Source of the DNA: Clostridia bacterium
GTDB lineage: Bacteria > Bacillota > Clostridia > UBA1381 > UMGS1253
Length of the DNA stretch: 64,000 nucleotides
Direction: 5' to 3'
Assembly (NCBI GenBank): GCA_045537695.1
Contig: JAZSQB010000027.1
Coordinates: 11,288 to 75,287 of the forward strand
Numbering within the stretch: the stretch's first letter is position 1; each line of letters starts with the position of its first letter. The notes beneath the pieces were generated by a model that saw nothing but the letters and a program-made list of their open reading frames with translations, made no database searches and had not been told where the DNA came from. The position numbers were made by a program, and so were the translations under genes. Shown here piece after piece: positions 18,087 to 29,228 of this stretch.

Positions 18087-19139
18087 TTACATCAGTGCAT
18101 CGCCGCGGTCGACCACGACTTCGTAACCGATTTTTGCCATATTTTCTTTAAGAGCTTCAAGCATCTGCGCAGACTCGGCACCGTTCGAAAGCTTATTGTT
18201 ATAGAGCGCATACAGCGCACGGTTCTCTTGCGGTGACAAATTCGGCATCACCACATTTGCACCCGCGCAAATGCCCATTTCCCTGCCCTGCGGATGCATA
18301 CTGCCAAGCGCCGTGGTCGCCGGCAAAAGGACCTTCGGCAGCATCAGGCGGACTATGGAAAGGAGCTTGAGCGTCATCGTCAAATCCCCTGCCGGAAATG
18401 CGGCAAATGGCGTATCCTTATGCGGAATAAACGGACCGATGCCCACCATATGCGGCGCAAATCGCTTCAAAAAGCGCAAGTCCGCTAAAATGTGGGCTGC
18501 AGTCTGGTACGGCGAGCCCACCATAAAGCCGGCACCAACCTGATAACCGATATATTTTAAGTCCTCCAGACATTTTTTTCTGTTTTCAAGCAGCATACCT
18601 TCCGGATGCAACTTCTGATAATGCTTGCTGTCTGCTGTTTCATGGCGCAAAAGATAGCGGTCCGCACCCGCATCGTACATCGCCTTATAGCTCTGATAGC
18701 TTCGCTCACCGAGCGAAAGCGTAATCGCACAGTCCGGATAGCGTTTTTTTAGCTCCGACACCACACCGCAGACAAAATCATCCGTAAAGGTGCTATCCTC
18801 ACCGCCTTGCAGCACAAAGGTGCGAAAGCCGAGGGAATATCCTTCCGCGGCACACGCCAAAATCTGCTCGACACTTAAACGGTAACGCTCCACTTTGCGA
18901 TTGCCGGCGCGAATGCCGCAGTAATAGCAATTATTCCTACAATAATTGCTGACCTCCACCAAGCCACGGATATAAACCTTATTTCCGAAATGTGCCCGGC
19001 GCACTTCATCTGCCTTCTCATACAGATAGGTCAGCTGCCTTTTATTCTGCATATGCAAAAGGGCTTCCATCTCCGCAGACGGCAAATCCCCCGTTGCGGC
19101 AAGCTTGTCAATAATCAGTTTCATAGCCATTTCCTTCAT
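18087..19139 (-). CDS. hydE: [FeFe]-hydrogenase maturase HydE-like radical SAM protein
   Basis: RGLVEVSNYCRNNCYYCGIR, RYLLRHET, GIGPFIPH..TPF, LPATTAL, GANVVMPN. Confidence 0.85.
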   Translation of the reverse strand: MKEMAMKLIIDKLAATGDLPSAEMEALLHMQNKRQLTYLYEKADEVRRAHFGNKVYIRGLVEVSNYCRNNCYYCGIRAGNRKVERYRLSVEQILACAAEGYSLGFRTFVLQGGEDSTFTDDFVCGVVSELKKRYPDCAITLSLGERSYQSYKAMYDAGADRYLLRHETADSKHYQKLHPEGMLLENRKKCLEDLKYIGYQVGAGFMVGSPYQTAAHILADLRFLKRFAPHMVGIGPFIPHKDTPFAAFPAGDLTMTLKLLSIVRLMLPKVLLPATTALGSMHPQGREMGICAGANVVMPNLSPQENRALYALYNNKLSNGAESAQMLEALKENMAKIGYEVVVDRGDALM

Positions 19140-19240
19140 TTTATATTTTCCTTTATTGTATTCTTAATCTTTCCTGTTGTCAAGCGCTGAAATACAGTGT
19201 ATAATAAATGGTAGTGAAAATTTCGAAAGGATTTGACTGT

Positions 19241-19432
19241 ATGCAGATTATTATTGACCGATTTGAGGGCGAATATGCCGTCGTGGAATTAGAAGACAAA
19301 ACCTTTGAAAATCTGCCGCGCACACTGGTGCCCGAAGGTGCACACGAAGGCGATGCGCTGGAAATACACATCGCAACCGCGGCAAATACGCAGGAAATTA
19401 CATCTTTGATGGATGCACTTTTTGAAGAATAG
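19241..19432 (+). CDS. DUF3006 family protein
   Basis: IIDRFEGEYAVVE...LVPEGAHEGD. Confidence 0.8.
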   Translation: MQIIIDRFEGEYAVVELEDKTFENLPRTLVPEGAHEGDALEIHIATAANTQEITSLMDALFEE

Positions 19433-19532
19433 GCGCTCAGGGGATGGATTGCACAGATTGCGATAAAACCAAAACGCGTGCCACATTACTGCAAAGCTGC
19501 ATCCGCAGAAGGAGATATGCAGATTGTTCCCG

Positions 19533-19586
19533 CAAGGTAAAAAGACTTGCATTTGAGAAACCCTCAAGCGCAAGCCTTTTTACCTT
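19533..19586. terminator. Long hairpin between convergent DUF3006 and scfB
   Basis: aaggtaaaaagacttgc..ttgag aaacc ctcaa..gcaagcctttttacctt. Confidence 0.6.
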
Positions 19587-19612
19587 TTTAAACAGTTTTT
19601 TACTTTCCGCAA

Positions 19613-20986
19613 TTATAAATCCAATTCGGCAATCTTTACCACCAACGCACATTCTATGCGCTTTTTAAACAGCTTACAGCCATATTCGTATACACCGGCA
19701 ATATCGCCCGTCGCGTGGCACGCATTGGCGGCGCAACCGCCTGCACAGTAAAGCTTTGCCCAACAATTCTGACAATCCGGCCGCGTATAGCAGTTACAGG
19801 ATGCAAATTTGTCACGCAGTGCCATATTTGTAACACCATCATAGATGTTACCCATACTGTATTTCTCGTCGCCGACAAACTGATGGCACGGATAGAGCTC
19901 ACCCCACGGTGTTACCGCAAGGTACTCCGTACCCGAGCCACAACCCGATACGCGCTTATATACGCATGGGCCGCCCGTCAAAGAAATCATATAGTGGTAG
20001 AAGGTAAAGCCGTTGCCCGCCTTCTTTCTTTTAATCATTTCGGTTGCCAGCTTTTCATACTGGTCAAACAGCACCGGCAAATCCGCCTCGGTCAGCGCAC
20101 ACGGGTCGGACGGATCACACACCACCGGCTCCATGCTCAGCTCTTTAAAGCCAAGGTCTGCCATATGCAGAATATCGCTTAAAAAGTCCGTGTTGTGGTG
20201 CGTATAGGTACCGCGCACATAATAGCTTTTGTCGCCGCGCTTTTCCACAAAATCCAAAAACTTCGGCAAAATCTTTTCATAGCTGCCGCGCCCTGCGTGG
20301 TCTACACGGAAGCGGTCGTGCACGTCTTTTCTGCCGTCAAGACTGAGCACCACATTGTGCATTTCCTTATTGCAGAATTCCGTTACCTCGTCATCGAGTA
20401 AAACACCGTTGGTGGTCAGGGTGAAACGGATATTTTTATTGTGCGCTTTTTCAAGGTCTCTTCCGTATGCCACAAGTGCCTTGACCACGTCCCAATTCAT
20501 CAGTGGCTCGCCGCCGAAGAAGTCCACGTCTAAGTTTTTGTGCGTACCAGAGTTTTCTATCAGAAAATCCATTGCGCGCTTGCCGACCTCTAAGCTCATC
20601 AGCGCACGGTCGCCGTGGTATTCCCCCTGCGAAGCAAAGCAGTAGGAACAGTTTAAATTACAAACGTGCGCCACATGCAGGCAAAGTGCTTTGATGGAAA
20701 AATTGCTGCGTCTGTAGTTTTTCGCAATTTCTGCGTACGCATCCTTGGTAAAGAGCTTCCCCTTCTGCTTTAATTCCTCCACATCGGCGATGCACTGCGC
20801 CACTTCTTCTATCGTTACATCCGGCGCATCCGCATACTTATCTAAAATAAGCTTTTCAATCTCCGCCGCCGTCTTTTCCTCGTACATCGCGATAATATCA
20901 TACGCAACATCATCGACCACGTGAATCGAGCCGGAAAAGACATCTAAAACAATATTGTATCCGTTTAATTTATACTGGTGAATCAT
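19613..20986 (-). CDS. scfB: SCIFF (ranthipeptide) radical SAM/SPASM maturase
   Basis: MIHQYKLNGYNIVLDV N-terminus, CNLNCSYC, FFGGEP, SPASM C..GCGSG..PCHQF..C..CWAKLYCAGGC; adjacent to scfA. Confidence 0.95.
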   Translation of the reverse strand: MIHQYKLNGYNIVLDVFSGSIHVVDDVAYDIIAMYEEKTAAEIEKLILDKYADAPDVTIEEVAQCIADVEELKQKGKLFTKDAYAEIAKNYRRSNFSIKALCLHVAHVCNLNCSYCFASQGEYHGDRALMSLEVGKRAMDFLIENSGTHKNLDVDFFGGEPLMNWDVVKALVAYGRDLEKAHNKNIRFTLTTNGVLLDDEVTEFCNKEMHNVVLSLDGRKDVHDRFRVDHAGRGSYEKILPKFLDFVEKRGDKSYYVRGTYTHHNTDFLSDILHMADLGFKELSMEPVVCDPSDPCALTEADLPVLFDQYEKLATEMIKRKKAGNGFTFYHYMISLTGGPCVYKRVSGCGSGTEYLAVTPWGELYPCHQFVGDEKYSMGNIYDGVTNMALRDKFASCNCYTRPDCQNCWAKLYCAGGCAANACHATGDIAGVYEYGCKLFKKRIECALVVKIAELDL

Positions 20987-21002
20987 CGTTTTACCTCAAA
21001 TA

Positions 21003-21036
21003 AAAAGTCTCATAATGTCGAATTATGAGACTCTTT
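21003..21036 (-). terminator. Hairpin between scfA and scfB
   Basis: agtctcataat-gtcga-attatgagact with a U-run on the - strand. Confidence 0.6.
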
Positions 21037-21057
21037 TCTCTCGTATGTATTCTATGC

Positions 21058-21204
21058 TTATCTGTTTTCGTTTTCGCAATCCTGATTTGCTACGCCGCAG
21101 GAAGTCTTGCAAGCGGACTGGCAGGATGTCTGGCATTCGCCGCAGCCGCCTGTCTTAACAGATTCATTTAAATCACGAGTTTCAACCGTTACAATTCTCT
21201 TCAT
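21058..21204 (-). CDS. scfA: SCIFF six-cysteine precursor peptide (48 aa), not in the ORF track
   Basis: MKRIVTVETRDLNESVKTGGCGECQTSCQSACKTSCGVANQDCENENR*; AAGGAGAG RBS. Confidence 0.96.
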   Translation of the reverse strand: MKRIVTVETRDLNESVKTGGCGECQTSCQSACKTSCGVANQDCENENR

Positions 21205-21262
21205 TGTTATTTCTCTCCTTTTTTACAAGTTACAGTTAGTATATCATAGGAAACCGCCTCTG

Positions 21263-22696
21263 TCAAGAAGCGATTACGGCAATTTTATCATTTTCCTTTG
21301 TACGGCTTTTGCATAGTGCAATACCGGCGCGCTCCATTGCCGCCGCGGTTTGCACAAATGCTTCTTCTATGCGTTCCCCCGGAATCAGCAGCGGTATCCC
21401 CGGCGGATATGCCCAGACGTATTCCGCGCTGATGCAGCCGATGCTTCCCTGTATACCGCGCATCTCAAACGCCGCCTCCTGCGCCTGCTCCGGCGAACGC
21501 AGTAGCGTTGGTACAGCATACGGCGCACATTCTTCCGACGCCGCCGGCAAAAGTTGCGCATCAATTTCCACCAAAGCCTCTGCAAGAACGCCGATGGATT
21601 CAATGCTGTCGCCCGCGCCCGTCATCGCAAGCACACCATCACAGCAGACCATTTCCAAATCAATGCGGTAGACCTTAAGCATCTCCGCAAGCATCGGTCC
21701 CGTAATATTGGTGCCTGCCGTGCTGATATACAGCTTCGTTTGGTCGAATGCAAACACATTTTCCGGCAAAGTGCCGCAGCCGAGCACCTTTAAATGCACA
21801 AGCTGACTTGCCCAGATGGAAAAGCCCGCAAGTCCGATCAGCCACGGGTCAAAAATATCTTTCTTTTCCAGAATAGCGCGTACGCATCCGTCCGCCGAGC
21901 ACAGAAGCGGATAGGACGGACTGCTTGTTTCAAATACGCTGAGCTGCTGGCGTAGTCGCGCTATGTCTACCCTGTCGCTGCCCACGTGCAAAATCGCCGT
22001 CTGCGTCAGCGCGGGCAAGGTTTTGTGCAAGCTTTGCACCACCAAATCCGCACCGCAGGCAAGCGCGCTTCTTTCAAAGGTCGGATGCAGTCCTAAATGC
22101 GCGCCGTGTGCCTCATCGACAAACAGCGCCGCGCCGTGTTGGTGCACAATTTTGCTGATGCTTTCTATATCGGACAGCACGCCCTCGTAGGTCGGGCTGG
22201 TCAACACAACAAGCCGGATATCCGGATGCACTTTAAACGCCTCTTTAATCTGCATCGGCATCACCGAGCCGCACACGCCAAACACCGGCACCTGTGGCGG
22301 CAAAACAAACACCGGCACCAATCCGCAAAGCTCAATCGCGTGAAAAACGGACTTATGCGCATTGCGCGCCACTAAAATTTTATCGCCGCGCTTGGTGAGC
22401 GCACGCATGCCGGCAAGCATACCGCAGGTACTGCCGTTGACTAAGTAAAACGAAGCTTTACTCTGCCAAAGCTTGCGCGCCAGCTCCATCGAATCGCGCA
22501 AAACGCCCGTCGCATCGTGCAGGTTGTCCGTTGCCTCGATTTCCGTAAAATCCTGCATCACGCTAAAATCCATATGCGCCGACACCGCTTTTGTGCGCTT
22601 GTGCCCCGGCATATGCATCGGGATTCTGCCGCTCTGGCTATATGCCGTCAGATATGCATGTAAATCTTTTTCCTTTTCCATAACCGTCTCCATCAT
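21263..22696 (-). CDS. PLP-dependent Orn/Lys/Arg decarboxylase family protein
   Basis: HMPGHK, LVNGSTCG, VDEAHGAH, QSLHKTLP, TSSPSY, YPPGIP. Confidence 0.9.
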   Translation of the reverse strand: MMETVMEKEKDLHAYLTAYSQSGRIPMHMPGHKRTKAVSAHMDFSVMQDFTEIEATDNLHDATGVLRDSMELARKLWQSKASFYLVNGSTCGMLAGMRALTKRGDKILVARNAHKSVFHAIELCGLVPVFVLPPQVPVFGVCGSVMPMQIKEAFKVHPDIRLVVLTSPTYEGVLSDIESISKIVHQHGAALFVDEAHGAHLGLHPTFERSALACGADLVVQSLHKTLPALTQTAILHVGSDRVDIARLRQQLSVFETSSPSYPLLCSADGCVRAILEKKDIFDPWLIGLAGFSIWASQLVHLKVLGCGTLPENVFAFDQTKLYISTAGTNITGPMLAEMLKVYRIDLEMVCCDGVLAMTGAGDSIESIGVLAEALVEIDAQLLPAASEECAPYAVPTLLRSPEQAQEAAFEMRGIQGSIGCISAEYVWAYPPGIPLLIPGERIEEAFVQTAAAMERAGIALCKSRTKENDKIAVIAS

Positions 22697-23425
22697 TTAT
22701 TCTTCCGCATCTTCGCGAAAAACCATATCCCAGATTTGCTTGTATGTTATCGCTTTGCTTGCGCGGCTCGTGTGCGCCTGCGCCGCCGTCAATACCATAA
22801 TCTTTTCCGCGCCGGCAACCTTTAAGGCTTTGGCGCAATTTTTCACCGTATTGCCCGTCGTGTAGATATCGTCCACCAACAACACATTTTCGCCTATCAG
22901 CTCGCGCTTGCAGGCAAAGGCATCCCGCACATTCAAGATGCGCGCTTCCCCTTTCAAGCGGCTCTGCGGCTTCGTTTCGCGCACCTTATACAGCACGTTT
23001 TCCGCCACCGCCAAATCACAGCGCCGTGCTACACTGCGCGCAAGCAGTGCCGCCGGATTGTATCCGCGCCGACTTTCCTTTTTCTTCGTCATCGGTACCG
23101 GTATAATCACATCGATTTCGTCTAAATCGCAAACCTTCACCAAACGCTCTGCCATAAATGCCGCCAGCGTTTCTGCCAGCATATGCTTGCCGGCAAACTT
23201 CATTTTCTGCACGATATGTTCCACCCGTCCGGTATAACAAAACGGCGAAAGCACAAAAGCAATATGTCCTTTTGTCCTCAGCTTACCGCTGCCGCGGATG
23301 ACCGGCAGTTTAGAAAGACAATCCTTACACAGATGCAGCGGTGCTGCCTCCGGAATATCGGCATCGCAAAAGCCACAGCGTTTGGGAAACAGTATGCGAT
23401 TGATCCACTCTGCCAGTTTACGCAT
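22697..23425 (-). CDS. ComF family amidophosphoribosyltransferase-like protein
   Basis: N-terminal CxxC...CxxC, IPVP..RGYN, LLVDDIYTTGNT. Confidence 0.9.
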   Translation of the reverse strand: MRKLAEWINRILFPKRCGFCDADIPEAAPLHLCKDCLSKLPVIRGSGKLRTKGHIAFVLSPFCYTGRVEHIVQKMKFAGKHMLAETLAAFMAERLVKVCDLDEIDVIIPVPMTKKKESRRGYNPAALLARSVARRCDLAVAENVLYKVRETKPQSRLKGEARILNVRDAFACKRELIGENVLLVDDIYTTGNTVKNCAKALKVAGAEKIMVLTAAQAHTSRASKAITYKQIWDMVFREDAEE

Positions 23426-25640
23426 TTTTTGCCTCCTCTACAATAGCAACGAGACGTTGCTTTAAGCTTGTAAAGCGCAAATTTTCCGTATCATTCGCCG
23501 TCATCGCCGCGACCGCGGATTTCATACCTACCAAAACCACAAGCTTTTTTGCGCGCGTCACCGCCGTATAGAGCAGATTGCGCTTCATCAGCATCGGCGC
23601 CGCGTGATATACCGGCAAAATCACCGCATCAAATTCACTACCCTGGCTCTTATGCACCGTCACCGCATACGCAAGCTCTAATTCTGTCAGCTGGTCAAAG
23701 GTGTAATGCACCTGCTTATCCTCATCGTAGACCACCGTCACGACCCTGTTTTCCTTATCCATATGCGTGATATACCCGATATCGCCGTTAAACACACCCT
23801 GCCCGAAGGCATCACTTTCCGTGCTGGTCCAGCCGATATCGTAATTATTCTTAATCTGCATCACCTTGTCGCCCACGCGAAAGACTGTATCGCCCATGCG
23901 ATGCTCCGCTTTATCACGGGACGGCGGATTCACGCGCTGCTGCAGCAGCATATTTAAATTCTGCACGCCGCTGATGCCCTTGCGCATTGGTGAGAGCACC
24001 TGCATCTGCCGGAGCGCATCAAATCCGTACGCCTGCGGCAGGCGCTTTGCATACAAATCCGCCACCGTTGCCGCAATCGTTTCTGCATCATGCTTTTCTG
24101 TATAAAAGAAGTCGGACTGCACGTCATCTAAAATCGGGGTGTCTCCGTGTATAATGCGGTGCGCATTCTGCACAATCAGGCTCTGCGCCGCCTGGCGGAA
24201 AATCTCCGTCAGACGCACGGTCTGCACCAGTCCGCTCTCGATAATATCTTTAAGCATATTACCCGCGCCCACCGGCGGCAGCTGGTCGGCATCGCCGACG
24301 AAAATCACCGTACTGTCCGGATGCACCGCATTTAAAAGTGCGCTGCCCAAAAGTACATCAATCATACTGCTTTCATCCGCAATAACGACATCTTCTTCTA
24401 ATGGATTAGACGCATCGCGCGCAAAGATTTGCGCCTCGCCCTCCTCCATATATTCAATCTCTAAAAGTCTGTGGATCGTGCTTGCGCGCTCGCCCGTTAC
24501 CTCACCGAGCCGCTTCGCCGCGCGCCCCGTCGGCGCCGCAAGCGCAATCTTATAACCATCCTGCTTTAAAATATCCATAATGGTGTTCACGACAGTTGTT
24601 TTGCCTGTGCCCGGACCGCCCGTCAGAACCATAATGCGATTGCAAAGTGCACAAATCACAGCCTCGCGCTGCTTGTCACCGAGCTGAATACTGCTGTTTT
24701 TCTGCCAATCATCCACACGCTGTGCCGCTTTCTTTGCCGTATACAGTGCTTTGCCCTGCCGGAGTCTCGCAATCTTTGCCGCAATCGCGCGCTCTGCCTG
24801 TAAAAAGGTGTTTAAAAATACGCAACGCACCTCCGATACGGTTTCCACCGTAATGCGCCCCTCAATGGCAAGCGAAATCAGTGCGCCCACTGCCACTTCA
24901 CCATCCACCGACAGCATACGGCATACGGTTTCTATCAGCTCGTGCTCCGGCAGGTACGTGTGTCCGCGCTCATAAGCATTGGAAAGCAAAATATATGCAA
25001 GCGCCGCCTTGATACGGCTCTTGCTGTCTGGCGGCAAGCCCATCTGCATCGCAACGCGATCCGCCGTTTTAAACGAAATGCCGTGCACAGCGCTGACAAG
25101 CACGTACGGATTCTGGCGAATCAGATTCACCGCATCTGCCCCGAGCGCACGCTGCACCTTCAGTGCCATCGCCGCGCTGATGCCGTAATTTTGCAAAAAC
25201 ATCACCGTCTGCTGCACGCTCTGCTGCTTTAAATAGCTCTCGCCGATGTCGAGCGCCTTTGCCTTGCTGATGCCCTTGATGCACGCCAATCTCTCCGGCG
25301 CCGTCATCATCACGTTGAGCGCATCTTCGCCAAACTCTGCGACAATGCGCTGCGCCGTCGCAAGCCCGACCCCGCGGATGATGCCCGAGCCAAGATAGCG
25401 CAAAATGCCCTCCTCGGTCGTCGGTTGCACCTTTTCGTATGCGCTGACCTTAAACTGTCTGCCATACTCGCGGTGGTGCGTCCAATCGCCGTACAGACAC
25501 ACGCTTTCGCCCTCGCTTAAATACGGCATACATCCGGTCGCCGTGACCGGCTCACCCTCCACATCCAGCATACAGACCGTGTATCCGTTTTCGTAATTTG
25601 CATATATAATTTCTTCTACAAAGCCGTTTAATTCAATCAT
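23418..25640 (-). CDS. recD2: ATP-dependent RecD-like helicase RecD2
   Basis: GGPGTGKTT, APTGRAAKR, DESSM, VGDADQLPPVG, AYAVTVHKSQGSE, YTAVTRAK; start MIELNG. Confidence 0.95.
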   Translation of the reverse strand: MIELNGFVEEIIYANYENGYTVCMLDVEGEPVTATGCMPYLSEGESVCLYGDWTHHREYGRQFKVSAYEKVQPTTEEGILRYLGSGIIRGVGLATAQRIVAEFGEDALNVMMTAPERLACIKGISKAKALDIGESYLKQQSVQQTVMFLQNYGISAAMALKVQRALGADAVNLIRQNPYVLVSAVHGISFKTADRVAMQMGLPPDSKSRIKAALAYILLSNAYERGHTYLPEHELIETVCRMLSVDGEVAVGALISLAIEGRITVETVSEVRCVFLNTFLQAERAIAAKIARLRQGKALYTAKKAAQRVDDWQKNSSIQLGDKQREAVICALCNRIMVLTGGPGTGKTTVVNTIMDILKQDGYKIALAAPTGRAAKRLGEVTGERASTIHRLLEIEYMEEGEAQIFARDASNPLEEDVVIADESSMIDVLLGSALLNAVHPDSTVIFVGDADQLPPVGAGNMLKDIIESGLVQTVRLTEIFRQAAQSLIVQNAHRIIHGDTPILDDVQSDFFYTEKHDAETIAATVADLYAKRLPQAYGFDALRQMQVLSPMRKGISGVQNLNMLLQQRVNPPSRDKAEHRMGDTVFRVGDKVMQIKNNYDIGWTSTESDAFGQGVFNGDIGYITHMDKENRVVTVVYDEDKQVHYTFDQLTELELAYAVTVHKSQGSEFDAVILPVYHAAPMLMKRNLLYTAVTRAKKLVVLVGMKSAVAAMTANDTENLRFTSLKQRLVAIVEEAKNA

Positions 25641-25777
25641 GATTTGCTCCTTCGGAATACTACATATATTATGACAAAACACACCTTCTTTGTCAAGCTT
25701 TTTAGAACAAATTTTCGATTATCCACCCCTTTACTTTCCCATGCAAAAATGGTATACTACCCCTTGAGGTGAAACAC

Positions 25778-26512
25778 ATGGCAGAAAATTATGCAGAATT
25801 TGCTGCGATTTACGACCGCTTGATTTTAGAGGACATCGACTATAACCGTATTGCAGATTATATCGAAGAAACCTTGCACCGTCTCGGCAAAAAGGCAGAG
25901 CTTGTCTGCGACCTTGCCTGCGGCACCGGTACGCTGACGGATATACTTGCCAAGCGCGGCTACGATATGATTGGCATCGACCTTTCGCCGGAAATGCTCG
26001 GCGTGGCGCGCGAAAAGAATCCGGACATTCTGTTTTTAAATCAGGACATCCGCGAATTTGAGCTCTACGGCACGGTAGATGCGCTTTTGTGTATGACGGA
26101 TTCGCTCAATTACATATTGGATGAAGACGATTTATTTGCCATCTTTAAAGCCGCAAAAACGTGCTACTTAAATCCGGATGCACCGTTTATTTTCGACTTA
26201 AACTCCCCGTACAAACTAAAAACCGTCCTCGGTAACAACACCTACACCTACGACAGCGACGATGTGTTCTATGTATGGGAAAACGAATATATCCCCGAGG
26301 AGAAATGCACCGATTTTTACCTGACCTTCTTTGTAAAGGACGGCGAAAAATATACGAAATTTACGGAAGAGCACACAGAGCGGATCTACACCGAGGCAAA
26401 AGTCAGCGCCCTGCTCAAAAAGGCAGGCTTTACCAAAATCGAGGTTTTTGACGGCTACACAACCGCGCCTGCGCACAAAAAAAGCGAGCGCCTCGTGTTT
26501 GTCGCCAGGTAG
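25778..26512 (+). CDS. Class I SAM-dependent methyltransferase
   Basis: [29 protein letters not shown]. Confidence 0.9.
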   Translation: MAENYAEFAAIYDRLILEDIDYNRIADYIEETLHRLGKKAELVCDLACGTGTLTDILAKRGYDMIGIDLSPEMLGVAREKNPDILFLNQDIREFELYGTVDALLCMTDSLNYILDEDDLFAIFKAAKTCYLNPDAPFIFDLNSPYKLKTVLGNNTYTYDSDDVFYVWENEYIPEEKCTDFYLTFFVKDGEKYTKFTEEHTERIYTEAKVSALLKKAGFTKIEVFDGYTTAPAHKKSERLVFVAR

Positions 26513-26556
26513 CAAAAACTGTCGAGCAAAAATGGCTAAAAAACAAAAGTTTATTA

Positions 26557-26585
26557 TTGACATTAAAAGAAAAGAGTGGTATGAT
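26557..26585 (+). promoter_or_regulatory. sigmaA promoter of the cold-shock gene
   Basis: TTGACA-17-TATGAT with extended TG. Confidence 0.7.
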
Positions 26586-26637
26586 TAGCATACAGTCAAC
26601 CAAAGTTGGCGCAATATTTTTTTGGAGGAAAGTACAC

Positions 26638-26838
26638 ATGCAAAAAGGAACAGTAAAATGGTTTAACGCAGAAAAGGGTTACGGCTTTATCCAGAGCGAA
26701 GACGGCACAGACGTTTTTGTTCACTTCTCCGCAATCCAGGGCGAAGGCTACAAGTCTCTTGACGAGGGTGCAGCCGTTGAATTTGAAGTTGTTGAAGGCG
26801 CTAAGGGTCCGCAGGCTGCAAACGTTGTAAAGCTCTAA
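26638..26838 (+). CDS. Cold-shock protein
   Basis: [18 protein letters not shown]...DVFVHFSAI; GGAGG RBS. Confidence 0.97.
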   Translation: MQKGTVKWFNAEKGYGFIQSEDGTDVFVHFSAIQGEGYKSLDEGAAVEFEVVEGAKGPQAANVVKL

Positions 26839-26935
26839 TGTTTGTTTGACCGCGGGTGTTTATATACCGGCAAAAATTTTAATTCAAAAAAAGAAAACGC
26901 GTTGCAATTGCAGCGTGTTTTTTTGTTTAATTTCC

Positions 26936-27051
26936 GGCAGGCGCAAGCCCCTGCCCTACAAGCACAAATGCCAATTTAACATCGTAGGGGCGGCGTCCCG
27001 ACCGCCCGTTTGTACCACGTTTGCGGGACGATGTGGGCATCCTCTCTCTAC
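26936..27051. repeat. BIME/REPIN-like cluster of three GTAG REP hairpins
   Basis: GGCAGG cgcaagcc CCTGCC-CTAC; GTAG-GGGCGGCG tcc CGACCGCCC; GGGACGATG tggg CATCCTCTCT-CTAC (degenerate). Confidence 0.8.
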
Positions 27052-27090
27052 CAATAGCATACAAAAAAGGAGCGTCTCCGCTCCTTTTTC

Positions 27091-27492
27091 TCATTTCTTA
27101 CCAATATTGATTCTATTCAGCGCACGCTTGATTTTCAGCTCGGCGAGCTGAATATCCTGCGCCATTGTTTTTTCCTCTTTTTTTGCCTTTGCACGTTCGA
27201 GCGCCCGCTCTGCACGGGCAACGTCAATCTCGTCTGCCCATTCAAAGGTCTGTGCAACCACGGTTGCAACCTCATTTGCAAACGAAACCATGCCGCCGGA
27301 GCACGCCGCTTCGCGCACATTGCCCTCGGCATCCGTTACGCGCACACCGCCAATGGCAAGTGGCGCAAGATAGGTGGCATGGCGGCTTAAAATGCCGACA
27401 TCCCCCGCCGTGGTACGGACGGAAAGTCTCTGCGCCTCCCCGTCATAGCAAACGCCGTCTGGCGTTACAATTTTTAATTGAAATGTAGCCAT
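27091..27492 (-). CDS. atpC: ATP synthase epsilon
   Basis: LKIVTPDG, GDVGILSRH, EIDVARAERA; last gene of the atp operon. Confidence 0.95.
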   Translation of the reverse strand: MATFQLKIVTPDGVCYDGEAQRLSVRTTAGDVGILSRHATYLAPLAIGGVRVTDAEGNVREAACSGGMVSFANEVATVVAQTFEWADEIDVARAERALERAKAKKEEKTMAQDIQLAELKIKRALNRINIGKK

Positions 27493-27504
27493 AGAACGCC
27501 TCCG

Positions 27505-28920
<1,416 letters not shown>

Positions 28921-28959
28921 TTAGGGATTTTTTGTTCTGTTCTTCGGAGTGAATTATGA

Positions 28960-29008
28960 AATCCCTCCACCGCTCAAGCGGTCCCCCTCCCTTTAGGCAA
29001 GGGAGGCA
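28960..29008. repeat. CCCTC-type double hairpin (copy 3)
   Basis: aatccctcc-accgct c aagcggt-cccc-ctcccttt aggc aagggagg. Confidence 0.6.
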
Positions 29009-29031
29009 TTACACAAACTTACCTTCAAGCT

Positions 29032-29228
29032 TTAAAATGAAATATTTTTGCTGTAAGGCGAGGCATAGACGTTGACACAGTACGTTGGTACGGGTCAATA
29101 CCAATCAAACTCACCTTAAGTATTAAAAGGCGGAAGTTTGGATGAAGTGCGAGGCGCGGATGGCGGCACAGTACGTTGGTACGGGCCGACAGGCGTAACG
29201 AAGCAATTCGCCAAATTTACCCTTTTAA
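29032..29228. repeat. Two tandem units (partial plus full) of the ~100-bp bulged-hairpin repeat inside the atp operon
   Basis: CACAGTACGTTGGTACGGG occurs twice. The full unit 29123-29228 is TTAAAAGG...CCTTTTAA and overlaps the atpG stop. Confidence 0.82.

Noticed and set aside
19433-19532. Short stretch reading HYC/KLHP, resembling part of HydE
   Set aside because: Too short, needs a frameshift, and is likely chance.
21107-21316. 69-aa + strand ORF
   Set aside because: Antisense shadow of scfA and the decarboxylase end.
29032-29228. Repeated CACAGTACGTTGGTACGGG as a possible mini-CRISPR
   Set aside because: Only two units per locus, the intervening sequence is part of the hairpin rather than a unique spacer, and there are no cas genes.
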